This document shows, one piece after another, positions 48,573-57,077 of a DNA stretch of 64,000 nucleotides. The stretch comes from Fibrobacterota bacterium. GTDB taxonomy: Bacteria > Fibrobacterota > Fibrobacteria > UBA11236. Below the pieces are notes generated by a model. The model did not search any database and was not told where the DNA came from. It was given only the letters and a program-made list of their open reading frames with translations. The DNA is taken from positions 4,688 to 68,687 of the forward strand of contig JAQBPO010000033.1 of NCBI GenBank assembly GCA_028287465.1. Direction: 5' to 3'. The position numbers and the translations under genes were made by a program. Numbering within the stretch: position 1 is the first letter of the stretch; each line of letters opens with the position of its first letter.

Positions 48573-49361
48573 TCAGGCCTCGCCCGCGGGTTTCTTCCAT
48601 ACCTGCCAGGGGGCATTGCCCTTGGTGAAGAGATCCTCCAGCTGCTGGCGCTCCTTGAAGGTGTCCATGGCGGCGAAGAAGCCGTCGTGGCGGTAGGAGA
48701 CGAGCTCCCCCTTTTCGATCAGGCGCTGGAACGGGGCGTGCACGAGTTCGTCGCCGGGCCGGATGTAATCGAAGATGTCCTTGCGCAAGATGAAAAAGCC
48801 GCCGTTGATGACCAGGCCGGTCTGGGTCATGTCATGGATGCCCTTGACCTGGCCCTGATCGTCGACCTCCACGGAATGGAAGGTCTGGGCCGGGGTGACG
48901 CTGAGCAGGCAGGCCACCTTCTTCCTTTTCATGGCGAAGTCCACCAGGTCCGGCAGGTGCAGGCTGCACAGGTTGTCGGCATAGTTGGCCATGAAGAACT
49001 CCTCGCCCTTGAGGTGCTCGCGCACGGCGGACAGGCGCTGGGCGATGTTGGAGCTGATCCCCGTCTCGCAGAAGGTGATCTTCCAGTCATGGATGTCCGT
49101 GTTGAGCATCTTGGTGGAGCCGTCCCCGGCCAGGACGAAGTCGTTGGAGATCCATTCGTTGTAGTTGATGAAGTAATTTTTGATCAGATCCGCGCGGTAG
49201 CCCAGGCAAAGGATGAATTCCTTGTACCCGAAGTGCGCGTAGTACTTCATCAGATGCCAGATGATGGGGCGGTATCCGATCGGGACCATGGGCTTGGGGG
49301 TGTTCTCGGAAAACTCGCGAAGCCGCATTCCCAATCCGCCGCAGAAAAGAACAACCTTCAT
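48573..49361 (-). CDS. rfbF: Glucose-1-phosphate cytidylyltransferase-like nucleotidyltransferase
   Basis: MKVVLFCGGLGMRLRE, PKPMVPIG, HLMKYYAHFG, INGGFF, FAAMDTFKE. Confidence 0.85.
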   Translation of the reverse strand: MKVVLFCGGLGMRLREFSENTPKPMVPIGYRPIIWHLMKYYAHFGYKEFILCLGYRADLIKNYFINYNEWISNDFVLAGDGSTKMLNTDIHDWKITFCETGISSNIAQRLSAVREHLKGEEFFMANYADNLCSLHLPDLVDFAMKRKKVACLLSVTPAQTFHSVEVDDQGQVKGIHDMTQTGLVINGGFFILRKDIFDYIRPGDELVHAPFQRLIEKGELVSYRHDGFFAAMDTFKERQQLEDLFTKGNAPWQVWKKPAGEA

Positions 49362-50705
49362 TTACCCATCTCCCGTTTTCGTTTTTCCGATATCGCCGGC
49401 GGGGGCCATCAACCCGCAGGCGCGCAAGGCTTCCGTAGCCCTGAATATACCGCCGAAAGGCAATCCCGACCGCTCGGCGACGTCCAGCAGCGAATGTTTC
49501 CCGTCGCCCAGGTTGAGCGCCCAGAGCATGGACATCTCGTTCCAGTCCCCGTCCTTGCGATCGGCCATGGCCCGGTAGAGCCCCCGTCGGCCCAGTTGCG
49601 GTTCGCCCTTGGGATTGAGGTTGAGGAACACGCCGTCGTGCTCCAGCACCTCGAGGATGGCGAGCAGGGTCGCCAGGGAATCCGCCAGGTTGGCCGGCTT
49701 GATGAAGGCGAGGTTGTCGCCGGAGGTATGGTACTCCGGGAAGCGGCCATGGGGCGTGCGCATCAGGCATCCCACGGGCAGATTGAAGCCCGGGGAGCAG
49801 AACTGCCGCTCATCGTATCCGTAGGGGATGAAATCCTCCACGCGGCCGCCCTTGCCCGCCTGCTTGAGCACATGGGCCGCGGCCCGGTCCACGGCGGCGT
49901 CGCCGCGCCGGCTGCGCTTGTAGGTCATGGGCCCGGAGTCCCCGAGCAGGCTGAGCACCAGGCCGTGCCGGATGCGGCCGAGATCGTCCTGGTTGCGGGC
50001 CAGCCAGGTGATGGCGCCGATGGTCACGGGCAGGAACAGGATGCGATAGGTGTAACGGTGCGGGACCTTGGCCAGGTACCGGGCCAGCTGGTGGGCCACG
50101 GCGATGCCGGACAGGTTGTCGTTGGCCAGGGAAGGATGGCAGACATGGCAGCTGATCAGGATTTCCTCCGGGGTAGAGCCCGGCAGGGTGATCTCGCCGT
50201 AGGTCAGGCCGCCTTCGGTCAGGGACGAGTCGATGCAGACCTCGTATTCCCCTTCCTTCAGGCTTTCGAGCTGGCGATGGGAGAGGCAGAAGCCCCAATC
50301 GTCCTTGTAGAAGGAATTCCGGTACTGGACAAGGTCGGGCTTGTCCGGCATGGAGTGCAGCCGGGGGCGCAGTTCCGCCAGGGTCATGCGGGCCTTCACC
50401 GGCACGCTGTAGCCGACCACGTGCAGGTTGAGGGCCTGGAAGTCCACGACCCGTTTTCCGGAAGCGTCCTTGATATAGGCGTCGCGGATGTTCCATTCCC
50501 GCGGGACCGTCCAGTCGAGCACCTGGGTCCCGGTGGGGACCTCGTGGAGGATAAGGGGAAGGTCTTCCTTCAGGATGCCCAGGGTCTGGCGCACGCCGTT
50601 CCCGGTGATGCTCCGGCAAAGGGGATAGAGCCTGGCGGCCAAGGCGTGCATGGCCTCGCCGGGGTCCTCTTCGCCCAAGGCGAGCTTCAATGCGTTCAGA
50701 TCCAT
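49362..50705 (-). CDS. DUF4910/DUF2172 protein (M28 peptidase-like fold + winged helix)
   Basis: LYPLCRSITGNGVRQTL, DWTVPREWNI, CHPSLANDNLSG, GYDERQFCSPG, YHTSGDNL, EPQLGRRGLY. Confidence 0.88.
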   Translation of the reverse strand: MDLNALKLALGEEDPGEAMHALAARLYPLCRSITGNGVRQTLGILKEDLPLILHEVPTGTQVLDWTVPREWNIRDAYIKDASGKRVVDFQALNLHVVGYSVPVKARMTLAELRPRLHSMPDKPDLVQYRNSFYKDDWGFCLSHRQLESLKEGEYEVCIDSSLTEGGLTYGEITLPGSTPEEILISCHVCHPSLANDNLSGIAVAHQLARYLAKVPHRYTYRILFLPVTIGAITWLARNQDDLGRIRHGLVLSLLGDSGPMTYKRSRRGDAAVDRAAAHVLKQAGKGGRVEDFIPYGYDERQFCSPGFNLPVGCLMRTPHGRFPEYHTSGDNLAFIKPANLADSLATLLAILEVLEHDGVFLNLNPKGEPQLGRRGLYRAMADRKDGDWNEMSMLWALNLGDGKHSLLDVAERSGLPFGGIFRATEALRACGLMAPAGDIGKTKTGDG

Positions 50706-50724
50706 GCGTTCCCGATCCGGAAGG

Positions 50725-52065
50725 TCAGAGGCCGATGCCTTCGTAGCGTTTCACCGAGCCCTTGTCCAGCATCCGGCGGCCGTCCACGAGGACGGGCTGG
50801 GGCGACAGGGAGGCCAGCAGGGCGGGAACGCGTTCGAATTCCTTCCACCGGGTGATCAGGATGACGGCTTCCGCGCCCTCCAGGGATTTTTCCAGGGAGT
50901 CCGCGATGGCGAGCCCGGTTCCGAACAGGTGCCGGCCCTCCTCGGCGGCGGCGGGATCGTAGGCGGTGACGCGCGCGCCCTCCTTCTGCAGCCTGAGGAT
51001 GATCGGGATGGAAGGGGATTCGCGCATGTCGTTGGTATCCGGACGGAAGGAAAGGCCCAGCACGGTGACGCGCTTGTCCTTCAGGGAAGGGAGATGCTTG
51101 GCCAGCAGGCGGAAGATCTGGTCGGGCTGGCGGGCATTCACGGTGAGGGACGCCTGCAGCATGTCCATGGGAACGCCGACGGCCTTTCCGTGGGCGACCA
51201 GGGCGCTGACGTCCTTGGGCAGGCAGCTGCCGCCGAAGCCGCAGCCGGCCATCAGGAAGGAGTTTATGGGAGGGAAGCGAAGGCCGCCGTTCCCGTCCTG
51301 ATCCGGCAGGCTGAGGTAGCGGCTGAGATGCAGCCCCTTCATCACCTCCACCGTATCGATGTTCCCCAGGACCGCGCCCAGGTTGGCCAGTTCGTTGGAG
51401 AAGGAGATGAGGTTGGCGAGCAGGGCATTGGAGGAATATTTGATCATCTCCGCCGAGCTGTTGTTGGTCCTGAGCTTGGGCACCCCCGGGAAGGCCGCGT
51501 ACAAGGCTTCGACGGCGTCACGGGACCTCTCGTCGATGCCGCCGCAGACGATGCGGTCCGGTTCCATGAAATCGCTGACGGCCTCGCCTTCGGTGAGGAA
51601 TTCCGGATTCATGCCCACGCCGAAGTCCGCCCCGGCGCGCTTGCCGGACGCCTCCTCGAGAACGGACAGCACCACCCCGTCGGTGGTCCCGGGCACCACG
51701 GTGCTCTTGACCACCACCACATGGTAGCCGGGCTTGGACTTGAGGGTCTCGCCGATGGTCCTGGCGCAGGCGCGGATGTATTTGAGGTCGATGCGCTCGC
51801 CGTCGAAAGGCGTGCCCACGGCGATCATGGTCATCTCGGAATCCAGGATGGCCGCTTTCGCGTCCACGGTCGCGCGCAGGCGCTTCCCGATATTGCGGGT
51901 CAGCAAGGCGTCCAGGCCGTTCTCGAAGATGGGCGACTCGCCGCGGTTGATGCGATCCACCTTGGCCGCGTCCAGATCGATGCAGGAGACTTCATGGCCC
52001 TTCTCGGCCAGGCAGGCGCCGGTCACCAGGCCCACGTAGCCCGTGCCCATGATGGAGATCTTCAT
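50725..52065 (-). CDS. UDP-glucose/GDP-mannose 6-dehydrogenase family protein
   Basis: MKISIMGTGYVG, VGTP, KSTVVPGT, NPEFL, KYSSN, GFGGSCLPKD. Confidence 0.93.
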   Translation of the reverse strand: MKISIMGTGYVGLVTGACLAEKGHEVSCIDLDAAKVDRINRGESPIFENGLDALLTRNIGKRLRATVDAKAAILDSEMTMIAVGTPFDGERIDLKYIRACARTIGETLKSKPGYHVVVVKSTVVPGTTDGVVLSVLEEASGKRAGADFGVGMNPEFLTEGEAVSDFMEPDRIVCGGIDERSRDAVEALYAAFPGVPKLRTNNSSAEMIKYSSNALLANLISFSNELANLGAVLGNIDTVEVMKGLHLSRYLSLPDQDGNGGLRFPPINSFLMAGCGFGGSCLPKDVSALVAHGKAVGVPMDMLQASLTVNARQPDQIFRLLAKHLPSLKDKRVTVLGLSFRPDTNDMRESPSIPIILRLQKEGARVTAYDPAAAEEGRHLFGTGLAIADSLEKSLEGAEAVILITRWKEFERVPALLASLSPQPVLVDGRRMLDKGSVKRYEGIGL

Positions 52066-53180
52066 CAGGCCTCCGTCGCGGACGCTTCGAGGTTCCCGGA
52101 GTACCAGATCATGGAGCGCCTTAATCCTTCCGCCGGGCCGATGGTGGGATTGTAACCGAGCTGTTCGCGGGCCTTGGCGATGATGGGCTGGCGCCGTTCC
52201 GGATTGTCGATCAGGTAGTCCGCGTCCACCTTGCGGATCACCTGCCCCTTGTACCCGAAGAGTTCGCGGCCGATGGACGCCACGGTGTCGGCCAGCTGGG
52301 CGACCGAGATTTCCGGCTTCTCGATGCCGATATTGTAGGCTTCGCCGGGCTTGCCCTTGACCAGCACCTTGTAATAGCCCGCCACCGCGTCGGCGACGTA
52401 GCAGAAGGTGCGCTTGGGGCTTCCGTCCGAGCGCATCACGATGTCGCGGCCGGCGAAGACGTCGCGGGCGAAGTCCGGGAGCACGCGCGTGTCCGTGATC
52501 TTGAGGCCGGGGCCGTAGTTGTTGAAAGGGCGGGCGACCTTGATGGGCAGGCCGTGCTGCTGGGTGAAGTTGACGCACAGGGTCTCGCCGTAGCGCTTCG
52601 ACTCGTCATAGCAGGCGCGGGGGCCGGTGCACGATACGTTGCCGCGGTAGGTCTCCGGCGTCGGGATGGAATCCGGGGTCGGGTCGCCGTAGATCTCGCT
52701 GCTGGAATAGAACAGGAACCCGTCGAAGGCCTTGCCCGCCTTGACCCGGCCCTTGGCGTACTCGAGGAGCGAGCGGAGCCCGCCCACGTTGGCGTCCATG
52801 GTCTCGATGGGGTATTTGCGGTAGTAGACCGGCGAGGCTATGGAGCCGGCGTGGATGATGTACTGGAAATCCGGCATGTCGGCCGGAAGCGGCTGGGAAA
52901 TGTCCTGGGTGACCAGGGTCAGGTTGCGGTTGCCCTTCAGGCCGGAAAGCCATTGGGGTATCCCGCGGATGTAATTGTCGTATACGGTCACATGGATGGG
53001 TTTCGCGGACCCTTCCGTCTCGTTCCAGCGCAAGACGGATTGGATGAGGTAATATCCAAGGAACCCCGCGCCGCCCACGATGAGGAGGCGCTTGCCTCCC
53101 ATGCTCCCGAATTCCTCGCGCAGGTTCCCGCAAAGGTAGGCCAAATCCTTGTCGACGATATCGCGTGCTGTCTCGGTCAC
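52065..53180 (-). CDS. NAD-dependent epimerase/dehydratase, UDP-glucuronate decarboxylase-like SDR
   Basis: GGAGFLG, ASPVYY, SSSEIYGDP, GPRACYDESKRYGET, NNYGPG, RTFCYV. Confidence 0.88.
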   Translation of the reverse strand: MTETARDIVDKDLAYLCGNLREEFGSMGGKRLLIVGGAGFLGYYLIQSVLRWNETEGSAKPIHVTVYDNYIRGIPQWLSGLKGNRNLTLVTQDISQPLPADMPDFQYIIHAGSIASPVYYRKYPIETMDANVGGLRSLLEYAKGRVKAGKAFDGFLFYSSSEIYGDPTPDSIPTPETYRGNVSCTGPRACYDESKRYGETLCVNFTQQHGLPIKVARPFNNYGPGLKITDTRVLPDFARDVFAGRDIVMRSDGSPKRTFCYVADAVAGYYKVLVKGKPGEAYNIGIEKPEISVAQLADTVASIGRELFGYKGQVIRKVDADYLIDNPERRQPIIAKAREQLGYNPTIGPAEGLRRSMIWYSGNLEASATEA

Positions 53181-53210
53181 GGGTCCACTCCTCTTTGCGA
53201 GCCGTAAGGC

Positions 53211-54116
53211 TCAGGTCGCTTTGATTTTTCCGAAATGGCCGGGGGCCATGTGCTTGATGAGTACTTCTTCCGGCATCGGCGCCATGTCCGATCCGCGCAT
53301 GTAATCGACCATGGCGGTCCCGGTGCATTCCGAATCGATGTTGTGCGCCCCGCGGCCCGAGCGTACGTCGTCGAGGTTCACGGTGCGGAAGTCGATGCTG
53401 AACCGGGTCGTCCCGGTCCGGTTGGGCACGGTCGAGTGCAATTGCGCGCCCGAGAACTGGATCATGCTTCCCACGGGGCAGACGATCCGCAGCTGGGGAT
53501 CCAGCTCCACCTCTTCTTCCGGCTTCGGCTGTTCGCGGGTGTCGGACTTGATGTGGGCCGAGGCGTTCTGCCGCGGACCCTCGTTCCAATCCTGGTAGTT
53601 GTATTTCCGGGATCCGTTGCGGACCGGGGTATCCCAGTACTTGGGATGGAAGGCCATGGCATTGCCCGATTCGAAATCGAAGACGGGCATCCACCAGTTG
53701 ACTTGCTGGAAGGGCGCGGAGTACCAGGTGTCCCGATGGGGATGGAAGGCATAGGCGATGCCGTAGCGCAGGTAATCATGGGGCGCGGCGGAGCGCATGC
53801 GCGGCGTGTCCAGGTAGGTCTTCTCGAGATCGTGGCCGGTTTCCCGGGCGATGGCGCGCAGCAGGCGCTTGGATTCCGGATGGTGGATGAATTTCGGCTT
53901 GACCGCCGCCAGGATCTCCACGTACTTCTCGACCTGCATGGTTTCATGCGCCACCTGGGGATCCAATCCGCCGAACCCCTCGAAGAGAAGCTGCTTCGCG
54001 AAGGCGCAGAGTTCCAGGGAGCCCGGCGTCGGCGCCAGGACCATGATCTGCCCATGGTAGATGAGTTTCCGGCGTTGATCCTCGGTCTGTTTCGGATCGT
54101 AGAAGACCGTATTCAT
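53211..54116 (-). CDS. Hypothetical protein, probable Fe(II)/2-oxoglutarate-dependent oxygenase fold
   Basis: HxD (HPHRDTWY), NWWMP, distal His (LHSTVPN), RFSIDFR; ATG 54116 after AAGGAAGG. Confidence 0.65.
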   Translation of the reverse strand: MNTVFYDPKQTEDQRRKLIYHGQIMVLAPTPGSLELCAFAKQLLFEGFGGLDPQVAHETMQVEKYVEILAAVKPKFIHHPESKRLLRAIARETGHDLEKTYLDTPRMRSAAPHDYLRYGIAYAFHPHRDTWYSAPFQQVNWWMPVFDFESGNAMAFHPKYWDTPVRNGSRKYNYQDWNEGPRQNASAHIKSDTREQPKPEEEVELDPQLRIVCPVGSMIQFSGAQLHSTVPNRTGTTRFSIDFRTVNLDDVRSGRGAHNIDSECTGTAMVDYMRGSDMAPMPEEVLIKHMAPGHFGKIKAT

Positions 54117-54354
54117 CGAGAGACCCTTCCTTTCGCCGGCGCGCGGGACGCGGTACGGACGGGCCCGGAGCCACACAGGCCCGCGCCGCTCCGGATGTCC
54201 ACCAACATTGACCGATAAGGCATAATTATACCTCCAGACCGAGGGGGATTTGGAAGCGATTCCGCAAGCAAATCCGCCCGGCCCATCCGGAAATATTGCC
54301 TTTCCCGCGCCTGAACGGTATCAAAAAACCACATTCCGCCGAAAAACCCCTTTC

Positions 54355-55605
54355 CTAGGGGATTATCCGGGCTTCCGGGATGGGGACGATCCATTTTCCG
54401 CCCCATTCGCGGATATAGGCTGTCTGTTCCATGATCTCGGTAACCAGATTCCACGGACCGATGAAAAGATAGTCCGGCTTCGTTTCCCGGATGCGGTCGG
54501 GGGCGTAAATAGGTATATGCGTCCCCGGCAGGAACTTGCCCTGCTTGTAGGGATTGCGGTCCACGGTATAGTCGAGGAAGTCCGAGCGGATGCCGCAGAA
54601 ATTGAGCAAGGTATTGGTCTTGCCCGCCGCGCCGTAACCGGCGATGGTCTTGCCCTGGCGCTTGGCCTGGATGAGCATGTCCAACAACTTGTACTTCGTT
54701 TCCTTCACCTTCGCCTCGAACGCCTCGTAATGGGAAAGGCGGTTCATGCCCGCCTTCTCCTCGAGGGCAAGCATGGCGGCCAGGCGCGGTTCCACGGGGC
54801 CGGATTCGTCGGCATGCCGGGCGAAGATGCGCAGGGAGCCGCCGTGGGTCGGGACCTCCTCGACATCGAACAGGGTCAGGCCGTAATGGGCGAAGAGCTT
54901 CTGCACGAAGGTCAGGGACAGGTAGGAGAAGTGCTCCTGGTAGATGGTGTCGAACTGGTTGCCCTCCATCATCCGCATCAGGTGCTGGAAATCGATGGTG
55001 ATGACGCCCCCCTTCTTCAGGAGGATCTTCAGGCCGCCCACGAAGTCATGGAGGTTGGGAACGTGCGGCAGCACGTTATTGCCCAGCAACAGGTCGGCCT
55101 GCACGCCTTGCGCGACCAGATCCTTGGCGGTCTGCACCCCGAAGAAGCGCACCAGGGACGGGACGCCCTTCGCTTCCGCGGCCTTGGCCACGTTGGCGGC
55201 GGGCTCGATGCCCAGGACCGGGATGCCCTTGCGCACGAAGTATTGCAGCAGGTACCCGTCGTTGCTGGCGACCTCGATGACCTTGCTGTCCGCGCCGAGG
55301 CCGAACCGGGCGGTGACCGCGTCCGCGTATTTCTCGGCAAGGCGGAGCAGGGTGTCCACGAAGGAGGAGAAGTAGGCGTACTCGGTGAAGATCTTGTCCG
55401 GCGTCACGTACTCCTGCAGCTGGACCAGCAGGCACTTTTCGCAGATGAAGGTCTTGAGGGGGTAGAACTCCTCACCCTGGTTCAGCTCCGAGGCCTCCAG
55501 ATGCGTCTGGCACAACGGGGACATCCCAAGGTCCACCAGGGTCTTTTCCAGGGGCGCCTTGCAGAAACGGCACAGGCCCTTGGTCGCTTCGGTTGTTCCT
55601 GACAT
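54355..55605 (-). CDS. NDP-sugar C-methyltransferase (zinc-binding, class I SAM-dependent)
   Basis: Last 416 aa of ORF 54355..58119; CRFC...CEKC, EVASNDGYLL, GIEPA, IYQEH, HGGSLR, GYGAAGK; SD AAGGAG. Confidence 0.92.
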   Translation of the reverse strand: MSGTTEATKGLCRFCKAPLEKTLVDLGMSPLCQTHLEASELNQGEEFYPLKTFICEKCLLVQLQEYVTPDKIFTEYAYFSSFVDTLLRLAEKYADAVTARFGLGADSKVIEVASNDGYLLQYFVRKGIPVLGIEPAANVAKAAEAKGVPSLVRFFGVQTAKDLVAQGVQADLLLGNNVLPHVPNLHDFVGGLKILLKKGGVITIDFQHLMRMMEGNQFDTIYQEHFSYLSLTFVQKLFAHYGLTLFDVEEVPTHGGSLRIFARHADESGPVEPRLAAMLALEEKAGMNRLSHYEAFEAKVKETKYKLLDMLIQAKRQGKTIAGYGAAGKTNTLLNFCGIRSDFLDYTVDRNPYKQGKFLPGTHIPIYAPDRIRETKPDYLFIGPWNLVTEIMEQTAYIREWGGKWIVPIPEARIIP

Positions 55606-55736
55606 GGTTTCGGCTCCTTGCGGCATTCGCGATGGTTCCATCAGACAGAAATAGTACCACTCGGAGTCGTCTCCGGAAAGGTTCCGTTCTTCCGGCGTAT
55701 TGACTTCCTTCAAGCCACCAGGGAAACGAATCGGCT

Positions 55737-57068
55737 CTAAATATGGAAAATTCCGGCGCCGGCGCCGAATACCAGCCGGTATTGGCCTTCCAATAACAGG
55801 CGGTTTCCGGCCACATGCGCCGATATCCGCTTCCGGATCTCCTCCGAACCGGAAACGAGCCCGGCGAACGCGTTCAGGAGGGATGCTTCGGTGAAGCCGT
55901 CGATGGCCAGGGTGTATCCGGAGAGGCCCGCGCGGGACATCACGACGTCCATCTTGTCCTCGTAGGACAAGGCGATGACCGGCTTGCCGGCGCAGAGCGC
56001 GAGGATGACCCCGTGGAACCTGGAGGCCACGATGAACTCGGCGGCCGAAAAGATCGAAAGCAGTTCGGCGACCCCGGCCGGCCTCCGTTCGGAGACCCAT
56101 CGATGGGCTTCTTCGGGGAGATCCCCGCGTACCCTCGCGAGGATGTCCGCATTCGCCGCCGGATCCGTTTTCGCCTGGCTGGGAACGAGGTCCACCCGGT
56201 AGCCGTCCGCCACCAGGCGGCGGCAGAACCCCGCGATCTTGCCGACGTAACCGGAGTAGGCCGCCGGATCGGAAAGGTTCCATCCATGGGGATCGCAATA
56301 CGCCATGGCGTTCACGACCACCATCGGCCTTCCCGGGCCCGTGGGATCCGGCCGGATTCCTTGCGTTGGGAAGCTGAAGGCGAGATCCGGTAAGACATGG
56401 TCCGGTTCGGGCGCGCCCCAGCGTCGCGCCCTGGCCCGCGAATTCTCGTCCCGGAAGGATCGGTACCGGGCCGAGGACAAGGCGATGCGGAGGAACACCC
56501 TGCTGAGGGGGAAGACCAGCTCGCTCGCGCCTACGTTCAGGAAGACGAGCGGGACCCCGGCGCGCCTGCACAACAAGGACCAGAGGAGCAAGGTCCAGGG
56601 ATGCCCCCAGGGACCGCCCCAGTTGTCTATCAACTGCCCGCCGCCCGTGATGATCAGGCAATCCAGGCCTTCCAGATGCTTGCGGCTTTCCCGGGCGAAG
56701 GCGATTTCCCCGGGCACCGCTTTCGCTGCGATCGCCAACCGGCTCAAGGCCCGCCGGAGGGGTCCGGGAACCAATCGTTTGAGCCGGCCCGTCCAGGATA
56801 AGGAGCCTGGCCCGGGCCCGATAGCGATATCCGGCGTCCCCTCCGACCGGGAGGACGGAGCCGGCCGCGCGGCGTGCCTGGAAATGGCGAAGCATGGAAT
56901 GCCGCATCGGTCCCGGGTGTCTTCCGGATTGGCGGAGAATCCCACGGCGGACCATTCCGGCCCAGCGCCTTTCAGGTAGGAGAGCACCGCTTCCACCGTT
57001 GCGGAATCGCCCAGGTTCCCGTTTCCGAAGGTTCCCAGCAACCCGACCCGATGACCCACGGCCCGCAT
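55737..57068 (-). CDS. Polysaccharide pyruvyl transferase family protein
   Basis: GTFGNGNLGD, TGGGQLID, FRDENS, PDLAF, ASRFHG. Confidence 0.85.
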   Translation of the reverse strand: MRAVGHRVGLLGTFGNGNLGDSATVEAVLSYLKGAGPEWSAVGFSANPEDTRDRCGIPCFAISRHAARPAPSSRSEGTPDIAIGPGPGSLSWTGRLKRLVPGPLRRALSRLAIAAKAVPGEIAFARESRKHLEGLDCLIITGGGQLIDNWGGPWGHPWTLLLWSLLCRRAGVPLVFLNVGASELVFPLSRVFLRIALSSARYRSFRDENSRARARRWGAPEPDHVLPDLAFSFPTQGIRPDPTGPGRPMVVVNAMAYCDPHGWNLSDPAAYSGYVGKIAGFCRRLVADGYRVDLVPSQAKTDPAANADILARVRGDLPEEAHRWVSERRPAGVAELLSIFSAAEFIVASRFHGVILALCAGKPVIALSYEDKMDVVMSRAGLSGYTLAIDGFTEASLLNAFAGLVSGSEEIRKRISAHVAGNRLLLEGQYRLVFGAGAGIFHI

Positions 57069-57077
57069 CCCTCCCGG

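Noticed and set aside
48333..50855. 840-aa plus-strand ORF
   Set aside because: Antisense to the PIG-L, rfbF-like and DUF4910 genes.
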